Positions 19,409 to 33,184 of a stretch of 64,000 nucleotides of DNA are shown in pieces. The translations under genes were made by a program, and so were the position numbers. Source of the stretch: Phallusia mammillata (lineage: Eukaryota). The first letter of the stretch is position 1; every line of letters starts with the position of its first letter. The notes under the pieces were generated by a model, which worked only from the letters and a program-made list of their open reading frames with translations, had not been told where the DNA came from and searched no databases. The DNA lies in contig OZ281498.1 in the NCBI GenBank assembly GCA_965637545.1, positions 5,084,001-5,148,000 on the forward strand, given 5' to 3'.

Positions 19409-21245
19409 GGTTGCAGGCAGTCGGATAAAAGTGCCGATTTTTAAAACGGTCATAACATTACCAAAACAAGATGGAAAGATCTGAAATGTGCAGAAGTACT
19501 AGATATAACATCAAATTAGGAAGCCATACCCCAAAAATTGCAAAAAATAAAATATATTGGTTCGAAAGTCTCAGAGAAGGCAGAAAAATATGAACAATTG
19601 ACCTGTTTAAAATGTTAAATAAAACACTGTTACGGACAATCGATTTTTATGAAATTTACAGCATTTATTAATAAGGTATACAACTATGTTTGTGCAAAAT
19701 TTCATTACCTACCTATTTGTACAACAAAAGTTATGGAAGTTCAAACTTCACACCTTATCGACGGCTATTTCCAAAGCCACGAGCCGCTGCCCGTCTTAAC
19801 GACCTATCAACACCTTTCCAAAATAAAACACTGTTACGGCCAATCGATTTTTATGAAATTTACAGCATTTATTAATGAGGTATACAACTATGTTTGTGCA
19901 AAATTTCATTACCTACCTATTTGTACAACAAAAGTTATGGAAGCTCAAACTTCACACCTTATCGACGGCTATCTCCAAAGCCACGAGCCGCTGCCCGTCA
20001 TAACGACCTATCAACACCTTTCCAAAACCTATCAACACCAAAAAGGTTTATGAAAGCTTACCTAGCATAATGCCTGACCACAGCAAAAACCATGGCAGAA
20101 CATGAGTTTGAATGGCATCTATGAACTTTGGTGCATGATAAGGGTTGTTTTTTGGTGCGATTGTCCGCTGTCTTTTGCTTTTGAAATTATCTCCGCAAAG
20201 TACTGTTTGTTTTTTTCTGATTGGTGGCCGTCGGTGTTTGATAGAAACTCCCCCGAATCCTGCTAAATAAACAAATATCACGATATTGTTACGATGAAAA
20301 ATTCGATGCCAACTTACATCACTTGGATTTGATTCTATTAGGTCTTTAAGTTCCGCGAAGCTTGCTTCAGCTATTTCTTTACACTTTGTTGTGCACACCA
20401 CGGCCAGATGGTGAACTACAAAGGAAAGATCAGCCAGCGAGGTTGATAAGACCATCATACCAAAGGTGTGCATCCCGAATTTGTAATGCCGGGGAAAGCT
20501 GAAAAAAGAAATGAAAAAAGGGTTAGTTTTGCAACATTTACTACAACTTAAAAAGGATTTTTTACAACATTCACTTACTTTTGTTTTGTCATTCGTTTAG
20601 CATTCTTCATTATGTGACTTGCACAAAGATGAAGAAATGGTTGATCAACAAAGGTTTCTTCATGTTTCCCCGTAGCGATTTGCCAGCAAGTCGTCAAATA
20701 TAAGTCAATTTGTGTTTGAAACACAGATGAAATAATGGCGTTTATAAACGCCATACTTCCGTCGCAAATCATCATTCATTAATAAATGCTGTAAATTTCA
20801 TAAAAATCGATTGGCCGTGACAGTGTTTTATTTTGGAAAGGTGTTGATAGGTCGTTAAGACGGGCAGCGGCTCGTGGCTTTGGAGATAGCCGTCGATAAG
20901 GTGTGAAGTTTGAACTTCTATAACTTTTGTTGTACAAATAGGTAGATAATGAAATTTTGCACAAACATAGTTGTATACCTCATTAATAAATGCTGTAAAT
21001 TTCATAAAAATCGATTGGCCGTAACAGTGTTTTATTTAACATTTTAAACAGGTCAATTGTTCATATTTTTCTGCCTTCTCTGAGATTTTCGAACAAATAT
21101 ATTTTATTTTTTGCAATTTTTTGGGTATGGCTTCCTAATTTGATGTTATATCTAGTACTTCTGCTCATTTCAGATCTTTCCATCTTGTTTTGGTAATGTT
21201 ATGACTGTTTTAAAAATCGGCACTTTTATCCGACTGCCTGCAACC
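19409..21245. mobile_element. Long-TIR (foldback-type) DNA transposon derivative with internal transposase fragments
   Basis: TIRs of roughly 470-630 bp starting ggttgcaggcagtcggataaaag and containing a 203-bp tandem unit. Flanked by AT. Minus-strand fragments CDGSMAFINAI...HLCASHIMKN (CxxH) and HVLPWFLLWSGIML. Confidence 0.85.
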
Positions 21246-21931
21246 ATGCGGCTGGCGAAAGTGCGGCTGGGGAACCTTTGGTGTTGCAGTTAGTGTGCCT
21301 GGGTATACTCAGTAAGTATAGAATTAAAAGCTAAAAAAACAAATATATCCCCAACTTTCAAATAGATGCCCAACGTTCATTAGAAACTTGGCAATAAGAA
21401 TTCGGTCAACTTCAACAACTTGCAAAACACGATAAGAATCACCACACCAGTATCATGTCGGATTGTCGGTGTTGAAATTGAACACAGGAACCCGGCACTC
21501 CAGTCTTTACTCTCGTTCATCTGGAACATTTTGCAATATATCCTAACGTTGTTTAATTAGGATTTAAATTGTATGTATACGGCCGCCGGCCGGATTTTCT
21601 CCGTTAACATGAATAAAAAAATTTTGCAATGTTTTCCGGGTCGAGCTATCTGCTTTGCGCAGTGTTATGTTTGTTTGTACGCCGAATTTGTGCAACGTTT
21701 GTGGGAGTGATGATCGCAAAAGTACAAATGCTTATGTTTAAAATGACGGAACGATCACATAGCTACATACCGTTATTTCTATTCCGGTATTTCGTTTTGG
21801 ACATTTGACATGAAACAGCTGCTTACAATTTCTCGTCGTCGCGCCAGAATAGTAAATAAGAGATCCAACGATGTTGTTTTGGGGTCAATCTTTTAATTTT
21901 AAATGACAAATGTTGTGTGACGTTATAACGT

Positions 21932-22525
21932 TGTAGCGGTTGCGACATAATTTGTGCAAACTTTGCAATATTTGTTTACCAAAATAGCTCGTTTTTGATT
22001 CGCTAGCTCAAAGGCTGCGAGGAAGTTAAAATGTATAGCAACCAAATCCCACTGTAATGACAAATCGTGTTCGGACTTTGTAATATTTCCTGTCGCAGTT
22101 AATTAGGATGCAGATGCAACTTTGTGATCTGGTGTTTATGTGCTTTAACCGTATGTTTTGTCTCGTGCTGTGATTGGACGATGCTTTATGTGGTAATTGT
22201 GCAAGAGCCAATCGCAAGAGCACATGTGTACGATTTAACGCCTTTATCCGGAGTATATATATAAACCGCACTCGTTCATTTCGATCTTTTCTCTTGCCTC
22301 TCTTTCTGTCTCTTCTCCTGCAATAAACAAACGAACCGAAGTGCAAGACACGTGTGTGGAGTTTTTAGGACTCCGGTCCTGACAAGCCGAGGGGCTTGGG
22401 AGATAAAGGACGGTGGTATACCTCTTTAATTTGTAGTGACGCGGTTGTAACCTTGAGACTCATCAGCGAACGTTTATAGTGACTCGGTTTATAGCTTGTA
22501 CCGAGACAACTTATTTAACACTACA
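21932..22525 (+). mobile_element. Solo LTR (594 bp)
   Basis: TGTAG...CTACA termini, 4-bp TSD acgt, internal TATATATAAA (about 22255) and AATAAA (about 22323). Confidence 0.8.
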
Positions 22526-23586
22526 ACGTCTCGACAAAAATGGTATTGTGTGCCAACTTTCTTTCTTTGCTCGGTGAAGAGTTGCAAACGCCACAAAAAG
22601 ATATTATTTTAAAGGCCGAAATACAACCAAAACGGGTCGCCGTATTTTGTCAAGAAGTAATAAATTCACAAACAGAAGTGCAAGACACCTGTTTTAAGTT
22701 AAAAAACGTCCAGAATAAAAACATGTCGTTCCGAATCCAATAAAAAGCCGCCTGATTCATACCGGCAACGTTGTTTGGTCAGGAATTTGGCCGATTAGCT
22801 CGATGCGTCTAACCACCTAATAAATTTGTGAAAGGGGGTTGTTACCAAAAGGTTGAGAAACGCACTGGTATAAAGAAAAGGCACACATAATTTACTTACT
22901 TTCATCAGACATTTTTTCCTTTTCGACGCCCTAAAATATCTTGTAATTTATTCACCACATGCACTGCGAAAGTGTCGTCATAGTGCGCATAATTTTATTA
23001 CAATGTGACGTAATAGACAGCCAAAATAGAAACGATGCAGACACAAATAACAACATTCACAATACTACATGATGTCGTAGTGAAAAAGAGGCTTACCTTT
23101 TCACTAATTGAGAATAGAATGCGGGTAAACATAGAGTTACACAATTTCCATATCTTTATGACCCCCTTTTCCGTTAAGTAGGTAGTACGTACTACGTACG
23201 AATCATAGAAAACATGATAGACAGACTTTGCTGTGGTTCCCTGTAGCGTTGATGCCTTGATGGTAGCCTGGTAGGCGTGCAGTGCACATAAAGCGCAATC
23301 AGTTGAGGACACTAAAGCTACATGTTAGCTAAATCAGCTTACCACCAAACGAACGTTAAACCAATTTTGGTCATTTGGTTTCTGTGCTACAGATTTTTTT
23401 TTGATCAGACAGTGGCAATAGCGTAACATTCAGAGATATGTCTCGCATTGTAACAAGTAGCAGTTTGCAATGTAAAAACCTGCTAACCAATCATTATTAG
23501 ACATGTAATTTATGTGTTTGTTTATATTTAACATTAAAGTTTAAAATAGTTTCTTGAAGAAAGTAGTTGCTGTAGCTAATAAAATA

Positions 23587-24267
23587 ATGGATCCTAATCG
23601 ACATGAACATCATGATGAAGATTTTGGTGCCATGGATGCCTCCATGATATCCAGCACAAGTCCTTACCAGCCGACTACAGAAAGGGTGCCAGACCGGAGA
23701 CCTTTTGTTGCTGGTTTTATCTTGGACATGCAGTATGTCAAGTCTTTAAGTGGTACGTAGGTGAAATGTAGGTAGTCTCTGTTCATCAGTTAGGTTTCAC
23801 TGATAAAAAACTATCTTTCAGGTGTTCTCAAGATGATTGAAATTGTGTTGGATATAATTGTTGCCATTTGTATTGGTACAATTGGTTTATGTTCCACTTC
23901 ATGTTCAGCAGCATCGTTTTTGCAGTTTGTCTGTATTTCTGCTATGATTGTTACTACTGGAATTTTTATTATATATGCTTTTGGTCTGCAGCAAAAAATT
24001 GCAATTATTAATTGGCCACTGACAGATTTTATTAATTGTGCTTTATTTACTCTACTGTACTTTATTGGAAGTTGTTTTATGGCGGCTAGAGCTATTACTG
24101 ATTCTGGAAAAGCTGCAACTGCATTTGGATTTCTTGCTTTTATTTTGTATGCTATGAATTCATGGCGTTCATACACTGTATTTAGGGTTGACTGCATGAA
24201 ACGGCAGTCACCTGTATCACACATTGAGGGTGTAGATGAAAACCCTGAAACAAGAGACCTTGCATAA
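23587..24267 (+). CDS. CMTM4: CMTM4-like MARVEL-domain membrane protein; exons 23587-23752, 23822-24267
   Basis: SMISSTSPYQPTTERV matches the CMTM4 N-terminal motif SMISGASSPYQPTTEPV. Four hydrophobic helices, INWPLTD and AATAFGFLA. Confidence 0.8.
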
Positions 24268-25992
24268 AAATCAGAATTCAAATTTATTATTTATTTAGCC
24301 TCCATTATCCATGGTGCTATGTCGTCACTTTAGTGGGACCCACAGCAATGCTCACCTACCAAACCCACAAACAAAATCAGAACATTTCCTGTTAGGGCAA
24401 ACATTAAACATAATGCAAAACATGGCTTTAGTATGCTATTTGCTCTATATTATTTTAATATCTGCTGTTTATCTATTTTTGAAAAGAAAACAAATAAGGG
24501 TAAAATTTATACAGAACAGTCCAAAAAATCCAAATGGGTTAAGTGCTAAAATATTTTTGGTGCCTTTGGAAACATTTTTTTGGTGCCAATGGAAATTACA
24601 GCTTCCACGAACATTCCTGATCAAAAATCTAAAGTCCTAATGTTTGTAAATGTATTAAAATGTGTCAACTGATTGTTTTACATATATATTAAACTGATGT
24701 TTATAACTTTGTTGTAATGTACTAGTCTTTAATAACCATTGTGTGCATGCAGTCAAGAATTTTATAATTTTCTAATCATCACTACAAAAAAGCTACATCC
24801 TAATCATTCTTACTTGTTATTATTTTTTACTTTTAGGGTTTTGTATTGTACTGGTGTTTTGTTAACATGCACATTTCTGTAATGAGGCATCAAGTCACAA
24901 AATTTAACTATGATAACCTCATGATTGATTTTTTTCCCTTTAAGCAACAAACTGGTTGGAAAATATGCTGCAGAAATATATTTAGTTGAGAATAATTATA
25001 CTTTTGTTGCTCAGTGTGTTTCGTGTAAATTCTGTTGTTTCCATCATGTAAAACGGCTCTAGTTGTTATCTTTTATTTTGTTTCTTTATTCACCATTTTC
25101 AAGTGATTGTATTGCAAACATTGTAGTAAGTCAGTGCAACGTTTCTTTTGTTTTTGTCTCAAATGTGAAGGGGATCACTAAATGGCAGCCTTTTAAATAT
25201 CTTTTTTTCCTGTACAATGTTGCTATTCAGTAGCCTACGTAGGACCGTTATTCTATGGTAGATCGTGTTGGAAGTCATATATGCGCTCAGCTTGAAAACA
25301 AACTACTGACCTTACTGCCCTTTAGATCAGTGGCATCTTATATACTATGCTTTTTTGTGCAAAAACATTAAAGCGCAATTCACCAACGTATAAAGTCTTT
25401 CCGCATCAAGTTACATGAAAGTTGATCCGTCAAAATCGACGTTCAATTATGTTGAGTATTAGACAGCAAATATCGATGATAAATCTGCAATTAGCCATAA
25501 AATCACCTCAGATGTACCCATGGGCGTCTGCAGGAAAAAAGTGGCAGGGCAATACTATTGTTACAGCGTCGTTCGAGATGGAAGTGCCCTAATGTTGTGA
25601 GAAGATGAACGATTACGGTCGACATCTGGACATCTGGGATGACGACCGTAGATTTGAAAGTCCACTTTTTTGTCACCTAATTTTGTAGCCCACCGACCAC
25701 CTTTCCGGGAAAAAACGAGGTAACCAACCAATACCCTGATATAGTTTTTCTTCGAGAGTTAGGGGTTGGGGGTATCGGAAGTGTAGGCTAGCCTACGGCT
25801 CGGTGACCGGATGTAGCGCGCGAAATTCTTATCTCGCCCATCTTGTTCATTAAAAAGAGAAACAAAACCCTTGCTGATGTCAGCAATTAATTGTATTTGG
25901 AACGCCAGCAATATAATTTTACACTTCCAAAAGGAATGAGCTTCTAACATATCTATGTGATTTATCTTTATTTTCACAATGACTAATGTACT

Positions 25993-26012
25993 CTTATTGC
26001 TATGGCAATAAG
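25993..26012. promoter_or_regulatory. Candidate RFX X-box upstream of CFAP206
   Basis: Near-palindrome cttattgctatggcaataag (compare GTTGCCATGGCAAC) about 90 bp upstream of the ATG of a ciliary gene. Confidence 0.6.
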
Positions 26013-26096
26013 CACAGCGCATTAAATCTAGGCCTCCACTGTAAAATTCGAATTAGTTTACTGAAAAAATCTGAAACTTCAGCACATCAATTAATC

Positions 26097-29000
26097 ATGT
26101 CCCGAGCTCAAGCAGAAAGCGTGATAAAAAATATTATCAGAGAAATAGTGCAAGAATGTGCGAGCAAGGGACACAGTCTATCGGAAACATTAGTAGCATT
26201 TATGGTCAAAGCTGTGGTCTTGGACCCTCGGAATGAGTTTAATGTTGACAGAACGTTAACGAAGGACGATGTTCAAAAGTTAATCAAGGTAACGAATATT
26301 TTAATGCTAATCTTAGGCAATTCTTTAATACCTTGTTTTTGTGTTCTTCAGTACTGTGTAGAGAGATTGATTGATGTGAGATCACCAAGTCTTGACACCA
26401 TAAAAATGCAAGTTTACTTTGACATGAATTATACAAGTCGCCGTGAGTTTCTTGATGAACATCGAAGAGTATTAGATGCAAGGTTGACTCCTGTAACAAG
26501 GGAAATAACTGACAGCAGAGCAAGGTACCATTAATTAAAAAAATGTAGCACATCACTAAGTTTGCCAACAAATTAAAACTTGGTGCGAAATTGTTTTGTC
26601 AAATCTTATGTCCACAAATTTTTTTGTTTAAGAATTAAACAACAATTGATGACTTGACTTATGATTTACACCGCTTGATTGTTTTTCGTTTAGAACAAGA
26701 GAAGAATTGGAAAGTTTGTATCGCAAAATTGTTTCCTATGTGCTCTTAAGATCTGGGCTTGGTTCACCCACGGACATTGCTGTGGTTCGAGAAGCTACTG
26801 GTAACTGAAGTATATATAATAATAAGAATTTATTTTTTAATAAATAATATTCACTACAACTCTCAACAGCTGCACTGCAGAGTGTTTTCCCACAAACTGA
26901 ACTTGGAACTTTTATGTCTCTTACAAAAAGAGACAAAGAAAGGCAGCTTCAGGAATTGACTTTAATTGTTTCTGGAATCAGACTGTTTAACAAGGAATGT
27001 GGAAAGGGTGGAGAAGGAATTGATGATTGTAAGTTGTTTAGTGCAATGCAATTCCAAATATGTACCATAAACTGCAGATTATTTTATCTAAATTGCATCG
27101 CTGTGTAGTGCCTGGAATTTTGAATGAAGCAATACCAGCTACAACACAAAATGTTGACATTGAAATTCAAAACAGCCAGCAAGCAGCATTTAGGTAGGTA
27201 TAACTGTGCGATCAAAATAGCACCATTACCATACCATTTGTTACAAACAGGTACACAACCTTGGTAGAATCCTTGCAACAGCATGACCCCCTTCCTTCAC
27301 CAAGTGAATTTCCAATTCAGCTGTTAAAGGATTCCCTAATAAATGTCAGACAACATGAAGCATTTTTAAGAATTTTGCTGGTAGGTTTAGTGATGCACAG
27401 ATTTTTCCTAACGATGCTTTTAAAATATGAATATTTTGTCAAAGAATGACATTATTGGATGTGCACAACAAGTTGAAATGTTAGTAAACCAACTTAGCGC
27501 AAGAATGGAACAACTTCAACAAACTGTTCAGTCAAAAACTGCAGTCCCCACAGCACAAGTCTATGTAAGTACAACTCGTATACAGGTATTGATTGTTTTG
27601 TTTGCAAATTGTGATTATTTATCTGTTGTAGCCTCAATTCATCAGCATTTCACACTTGTGGACATGTTTTCAAGATGAAATGGTTCTTCTCAGTGTGTTG
27701 AGCAATATTTTAGCTAGCATTGAACCTTTTACGAGGTAAGATGATTGTAAAACTTTCAAAATTTCATTATTGTAGCAATGATATTTTAAAGGACTCAGCG
27801 GGACATGTTTCCCGAAGAACTGGTTGCACCACACATACAGAACCTGGAAGTAAAAACAGATGAACAAAGGATTTTAGAGACCATGGGTGGGTGGGTTTCG
27901 TCATATGTTACATCCATTGTTGAAAAAACTTTTGAACTTGTAAAGTAATTATTGCAAAAGATAAGAATTAATTTCTTGTGCAAAGGTAGTTGCACAATTG
28001 AGCCTTATGATTTTGTAAACTTATACACAAAAATAGGAAATCGGGTGGATCCAGCAGACTTTAAAGACAACCCTGCGATACAGTGGTTGTTCCCAGAGAC
28101 AACCAAAAATTATGACAGATTACTTCTACAATACAGAGGATGTTGTGGATATGCAATTGTCAAATATGACAGATTGCTATTGCCTGGTAAATACCAAGGA
28201 TTATTTGTGTGGTCAATATTTACATGACTCCTTGATGTATGTTACTCCTTTTTAGGAAATCCTGATATTGGAATCATGCAATACCAGGAAAAGCTGTACG
28301 TGTTTAGCTCCAAAGCTGCAGCATATGAATTTGCCCGAAATCCAGAAGAGTATATTACACTTGTTGGTGAAGCTGCTAAAAAGTCACCAGAGTTGATTCA
28401 GCTGCTTGAGTTGCATCAGCAGTTTGCGGCTATTTCACCATATTCACAGGTACGTTTAAACGTAACGCCACTATAATTTTAATAATGAAACGTTGGCAGG
28501 TTTTTTGCCCTTTGCAAGAAACCTACACTCACTATTTACTTTGCCCATGTATTTAAGAGCAAGTGTGGCCAAATGTAGTCATGCTTAGTGGCCGGTTGAT
28601 TTTCGTTATAATACTCTCAATTGGCTTGGCGTATTATGAATTGTATATGAGTGTGCCGTGATCGCTGATCTGCGTTAACGCTTCGGGGCTGATCCCAGTT
28701 TTAAAATTTATGTTTATCTTAACAAAAAACTGCAAAAGTTTGACTTTTATCAAAAAGTGTGTAATAATCAGCACTCAAATCGTGCGTACCAGGTGTTTCT
28801 GACTCTAGTTTAGGGCAATCCAATCTTCTTACACACACAAGTAGCCTAGTTGCTTCTTCTTGGACTAAAGTAAAGAATGTTTTTTTGCAGGGAGAAGGTG
28901 GTAAGTTAATTGAAAAGCCAGTTACCAAATCTGACAGTGGAACTCAAACGGACACTCACATTCTTGAAGAAAATATTGTTAAGGACTATGAGTGGAATGA

Positions 29001-29476
29001 ATGGGAGTTACGGCGCAAGGCACTAAAACTGGTAATTAGTAAACAACTATTGCAGATATCGCGGTTGTGTTTTTAAATAGTTGGAATTATTTACACGTTT
29101 CTACTGGCAGGCCAATCTTCGTTCCAAGATAACGAAATCTTCGCAAACCAACTTAAGCAACTTACGTCGACAAAACGCCACCCAGGTCTACCTTCCTAAA
29201 GATCAAATTTCTCAAACTAAAACCACAGGCCAAAGTAATGTACCCAAACCACAGGTAAGTGCAACAATCAGTAATAAACACCTAGTCTAATAAATTAAAA
29301 TTATAATCCGTTTTTTTTTTAGAATTTGGCAACTGTATTTGAGCGGTAACTGATAGCTGCATTATCGGTGCCAACGAATTTTGTATTTTTAGGTTTTTCT
29401 TGCCGGATTACGTGGAATCCGAGGCATTCGTACAATGGTAAAGGTTGATTTGACGCGAGACGTTGATGAAATATGA
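26097..29476 (+). CDS. CFAP206: Cilia- and flagella-associated protein 206 (C6orf165), about 14 exons
   Basis: MSRAQAESVIKNIIREIVQEC...SETLVAFMVKAVVLDP, TIKMQVYFD, YEWNEWELRRKALKL, SQTNLSNLRRQNATQVYLPKD, and C-terminus KVDLTRDVDEI. Confidence 0.95.
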
Positions 29477-30737
29477 AGTAAATTTATCTTCAAATTACAA
29501 CTGACAACAAAAAAATCTCTTTATTTTTCAAAACAAACCAACTTGAATTTACTGATACTTTTTGTCGATAGCGGTGGCGAATCACTGCGATATAACGCCA
29601 CTGACACAATGGAAAGGAAATATTAAATTCACCCAACATCGAAACCCCAAAACAAGCAAATAAATTATACAATTTCGTTTACATTTTGAAATGGACATTT
29701 CTGTTGGGTGTTCATGTGCCGTACCATCAAACCAATGCTTGTCCGTGTTGGCTGCGCATATGTCGTACCATCGTCAAATTAGTGTCACACTTTCAAACTC
29801 ACAATGTTGTGCGTCGGAAAAACTCAAGCGCCCCAAAATCCCAAAGATTGCATGATGTTTTTAAGCTGAAAGTTTGATCTGTTGTTGCTGACACACTATT
29901 TGTGCCAATTCTGGCAAATTATTGTACTGTTAAAGTGTTGCGTTCCGATTTGGGCATATTTGTTAAAGCAATAAAAAAGCCTTTGCGATAAGTAAAGGGT
30001 GTAATATGTGACAGGTGCACTGCTTCACAAATATCGTTTTCGTTGGGCTTTTATTGCACAAACAACAACAACTGATCCGGTAAAAAAGTTGTTATTGTAT
30101 CTGATATTACGTGAGGTCGACAAACAGTAGTCGTAAAACTGCGAACGTGGAAGAAATTGCGTCATCAGATTGACACCAACAGCTGGCTGTATTGGATTTC
30201 TTACCACTTTTATAGTTACAGGGACGGAATGTTACATACATAACTACACTGTATTGTAGGTTATTCACAAATCAACTCAATCGCCCAAATGGCCCCTTGG
30301 TTAATTGCTACCCAAAACCAGCTGACCAATATGACGTAATAGAAAATCGACAAACCGTGACGTTATAAACATTGGTAAACATTGCAGAATCGTCTCTGAC
30401 TCTCTGTCACACAACTGCTGTAGAGTTCGTGTGAAGAAAGAGGAAGCGGTTATGAGCTAGGTACAAAGCCAGTCATTATATGATTTGAAAGACAACTGCG
30501 TTAGTTAACACTAACTTTAAAACAGTAATAGATGGTAAAAACCAAAATATTCGTGTTTGTTTAACCGAAGTTCAGACTCAGAACACGTTTACAATTGCAA
30601 TTCATATTCACAATTGCTACTTGCAAGACTTATAATTGTCACGCAGATATTTGCAAACATGTTAGAAAAGAATGTATTGTTAAAACGTGGCTAATGTGGC
30701 CTAGTGTGGACATACACATATCTAGAAAACGTGGGAA

Positions 30738-33184
30738 ATGTTTTTCCTCAAATTATTCTTATTCCTGTCATACTTTATAGCACTGCTGTTGGTGTTTTTT
30801 GTGCTTGATTTCTTTGCATGGTGAGTATACCTGCTAACGGAAGTATGTAATGTCTGAAAATTTGTTTCATAAAACCATATGATTCTTGATACAAGTTCTT
30901 GATGCATACACAAATTATTGCAGGAATGGTCCACATATTGTGACTTCACTGATCGATCCTCTGTCCCTCAGTGTAAAGCAACTTCGCTGGCTTTTACACT
31001 CAAGGGGAATTAGCTATAATCAAGCTGTTGAGAAAAATGATCTTACAGACTTGATTTTGGCATCCGGCTCAGTGACTAAGGTAACGATTTTGGACCAATA
31101 TTTTCTACAAAGTAAATATATTTGCAGATATACATTTAGTCTGAAACGGTGTTTATTTATGATAAATGTTTCAACAAATGTCCAAAAGCATAAAATTTAA
31201 GACATACTGTAGGAAAAAGTCACATTTGCCCAGTTTGTTGATGAAAACCAGCCTGAAAGCACAAGATTTTACACAAGCAGTGAACTTGATGAAAGCTTGA
31301 ACAAAGCTGGAGATGTTTGGCTTGTGCAGGTCTGTATAATATTAGATTTACCAAATATATATGTTTAATTCCTGCACCTAATTTGTAACACGGATTGATT
31401 TATGCAGGTAATTACCGAGGACAACAATGGAAACATTTCACCTTTAGAATGGAAAAAGCTGATTAAAAGAACGGCAATGATAGGGGTCAATGCAGGACAG
31501 ATATTCTGCAAGGTATTTGGTACAAGTCATCACCTAGACATAGCCGTTGGACTTTAAAAATAAACTAAATCCATTGCTGAAGCTAATGATGTATTGCTTT
31601 CGGTTAAACTTTTTTAAATAATGTGACTAATTTTAGGATTCACCTGATTTATGTGAATCAAGATCTTTTTTGACTTCCCAACTAATTCTTGGCTACCATT
31701 ATGGCGGTTATCATAAGCTTCATCTACACACTTTAACTCTTCCAACAAAGTAAGTGGTGTTCAAAATTTGTGATTTATTGTTAGCAATGTATCTTACCTT
31801 TAACCTAAATTAAACATTTTTGTGTCTAAATAGGAAAAAGTATGGTTTGATAGTAAAAAACTATCTTTTGGTTTTTAGTTGTGGTTCTGCTTTCAAATGG
31901 ATCAACACAATTTTCAATCAAAAGTTGGAAGTGTCCTCAAGTTTGTCAGATTTTAAACATAGCTTGGTAAACAAAAAGCCTGACAAGAATCACATTCAAG
32001 TTTTGTACATTTCGGCAGCAAAATTGACTCCTGCTGTTTTTGGTTCCTTGCAACTTCACTTTGGCAAAATTTCAGTGGGCAAATTAGATTTTTCTGCTGA
32101 TAGTGTTGATGTAAATAGTTTATTATCACCAGATACTTTTGTTTCAAACTCTATTGTACATTTTAAAACACATAAAACTGAGTTTCTATATGGGAACAAA
32201 ACTGCAGAACACATGACATTTTCCCATTTATCAATGTATTTAATGATGCTTAATCCTGACATAAATCTATTTTTTACATTCAGTGTGTACATGTGCAATG
32301 TATTGGGTGCTTTATCCATTTTCACCTGTCAAGGTTATGTTGTGTCTCGCGGATTTGCGGTGTTAAAATCCTTACTTGCCTACAATATTGTTTTGCTTGG
32401 TGCATGGTTGTTGTTTTCAAGTGTACATTTTCAACCTTTAAATGAACTCATAGAAAATTTCACAGGAATTTTACAAAAAGCAAATTCAACAGATGTTGCA
32501 GCTTTCATTCGCTCTGGTGTGATAAGGGCTATGCAAATGCCTTACCTTTTTCTCACTGGGTTTATTGTATTTTTTAACTTTGCGTTTATTGCTCTACAAA
32601 GGTTGGGCCTAATTTCCTACGAACATGAATATGAACTTACAGAATTGCTGCTGGACAATGATGCCCAAGGGACAAATGATATTTCTCATCGCTGGATACA
32701 AAGACTGGCCACACCTGAACTATGGCTACAACCTCTTATTCCTAATGATTACATTGATGAACTGCCTGTTTGGGAGTACTCTCCAATTGCTAATAGTTCT
32801 GATGCTCCAGAAAATGACAGATGTCTATCTGACAGAACATCATCAGTGTCTCCAGTACGTTCCAATGAACCAAACCAAGAAAGAGGAAGACCTTGTTTTC
32901 CATCCAGCCCAAGACAAACACCAACTTTATCACATGGAATACTTAGATCGATTCGCACTTGCCTGCGGGGAAGAAGTCCACGACTAAAAAGAACAAAGGG
33001 TCCCCCCAAAAATATGAGGAGAGACACCTCATGTGCCATATGCTTGGATCATTTCAGGTGTCGCGTATTGGTTTGCGGCCTTCCTTGTAGTCATGTGTTT
33101 CACAATAGTTGCATTCAAGAGTGGTTGTACAATGATAAACACTGTTGTCCTGTTTGTCGTTGGCCGGCATTTAAGGCCAAGTAA
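30738..33184 (+). CDS. RNF103: E3 ubiquitin ligase RNF103; exons 30738-30820, 30924-31080, 31213-31329, 31408-31512, 31637-31749, 31834-33184
   Basis: N-terminal TM, LIDPLSLSVKQLRWLLHSRG, WIQRLATPELWLQPLIP.DYI, and RING-H2 CAICL...CSHVFH..C...CCPVCRW. Phases consistent. Confidence 0.92.

Noticed and set aside
19620-20030. 203-bp tandem units and gacgtc arrays (33.9-34.9 kb) as a CRISPR-like array
   Set aside because: The units are contiguous near-identical repeats without unique spacers, lie inside transposon TIRs, and the genome is eukaryotic. ORFs 19649-20053 and 20772-21005 are by-products of the repeat.
22998-23312. 104-aa minus-strand ORF with a gtaagc donor, divergent from CMTM4
   Set aside because: No recognisable domain and no in-frame downstream exon found. 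It may be non-coding but cannot be supported.
28560-28700. GC-richer structured stretch ending in ctga in a CFAP206 intron
   Set aside because: No C box, terminal stem or recognisable guide.
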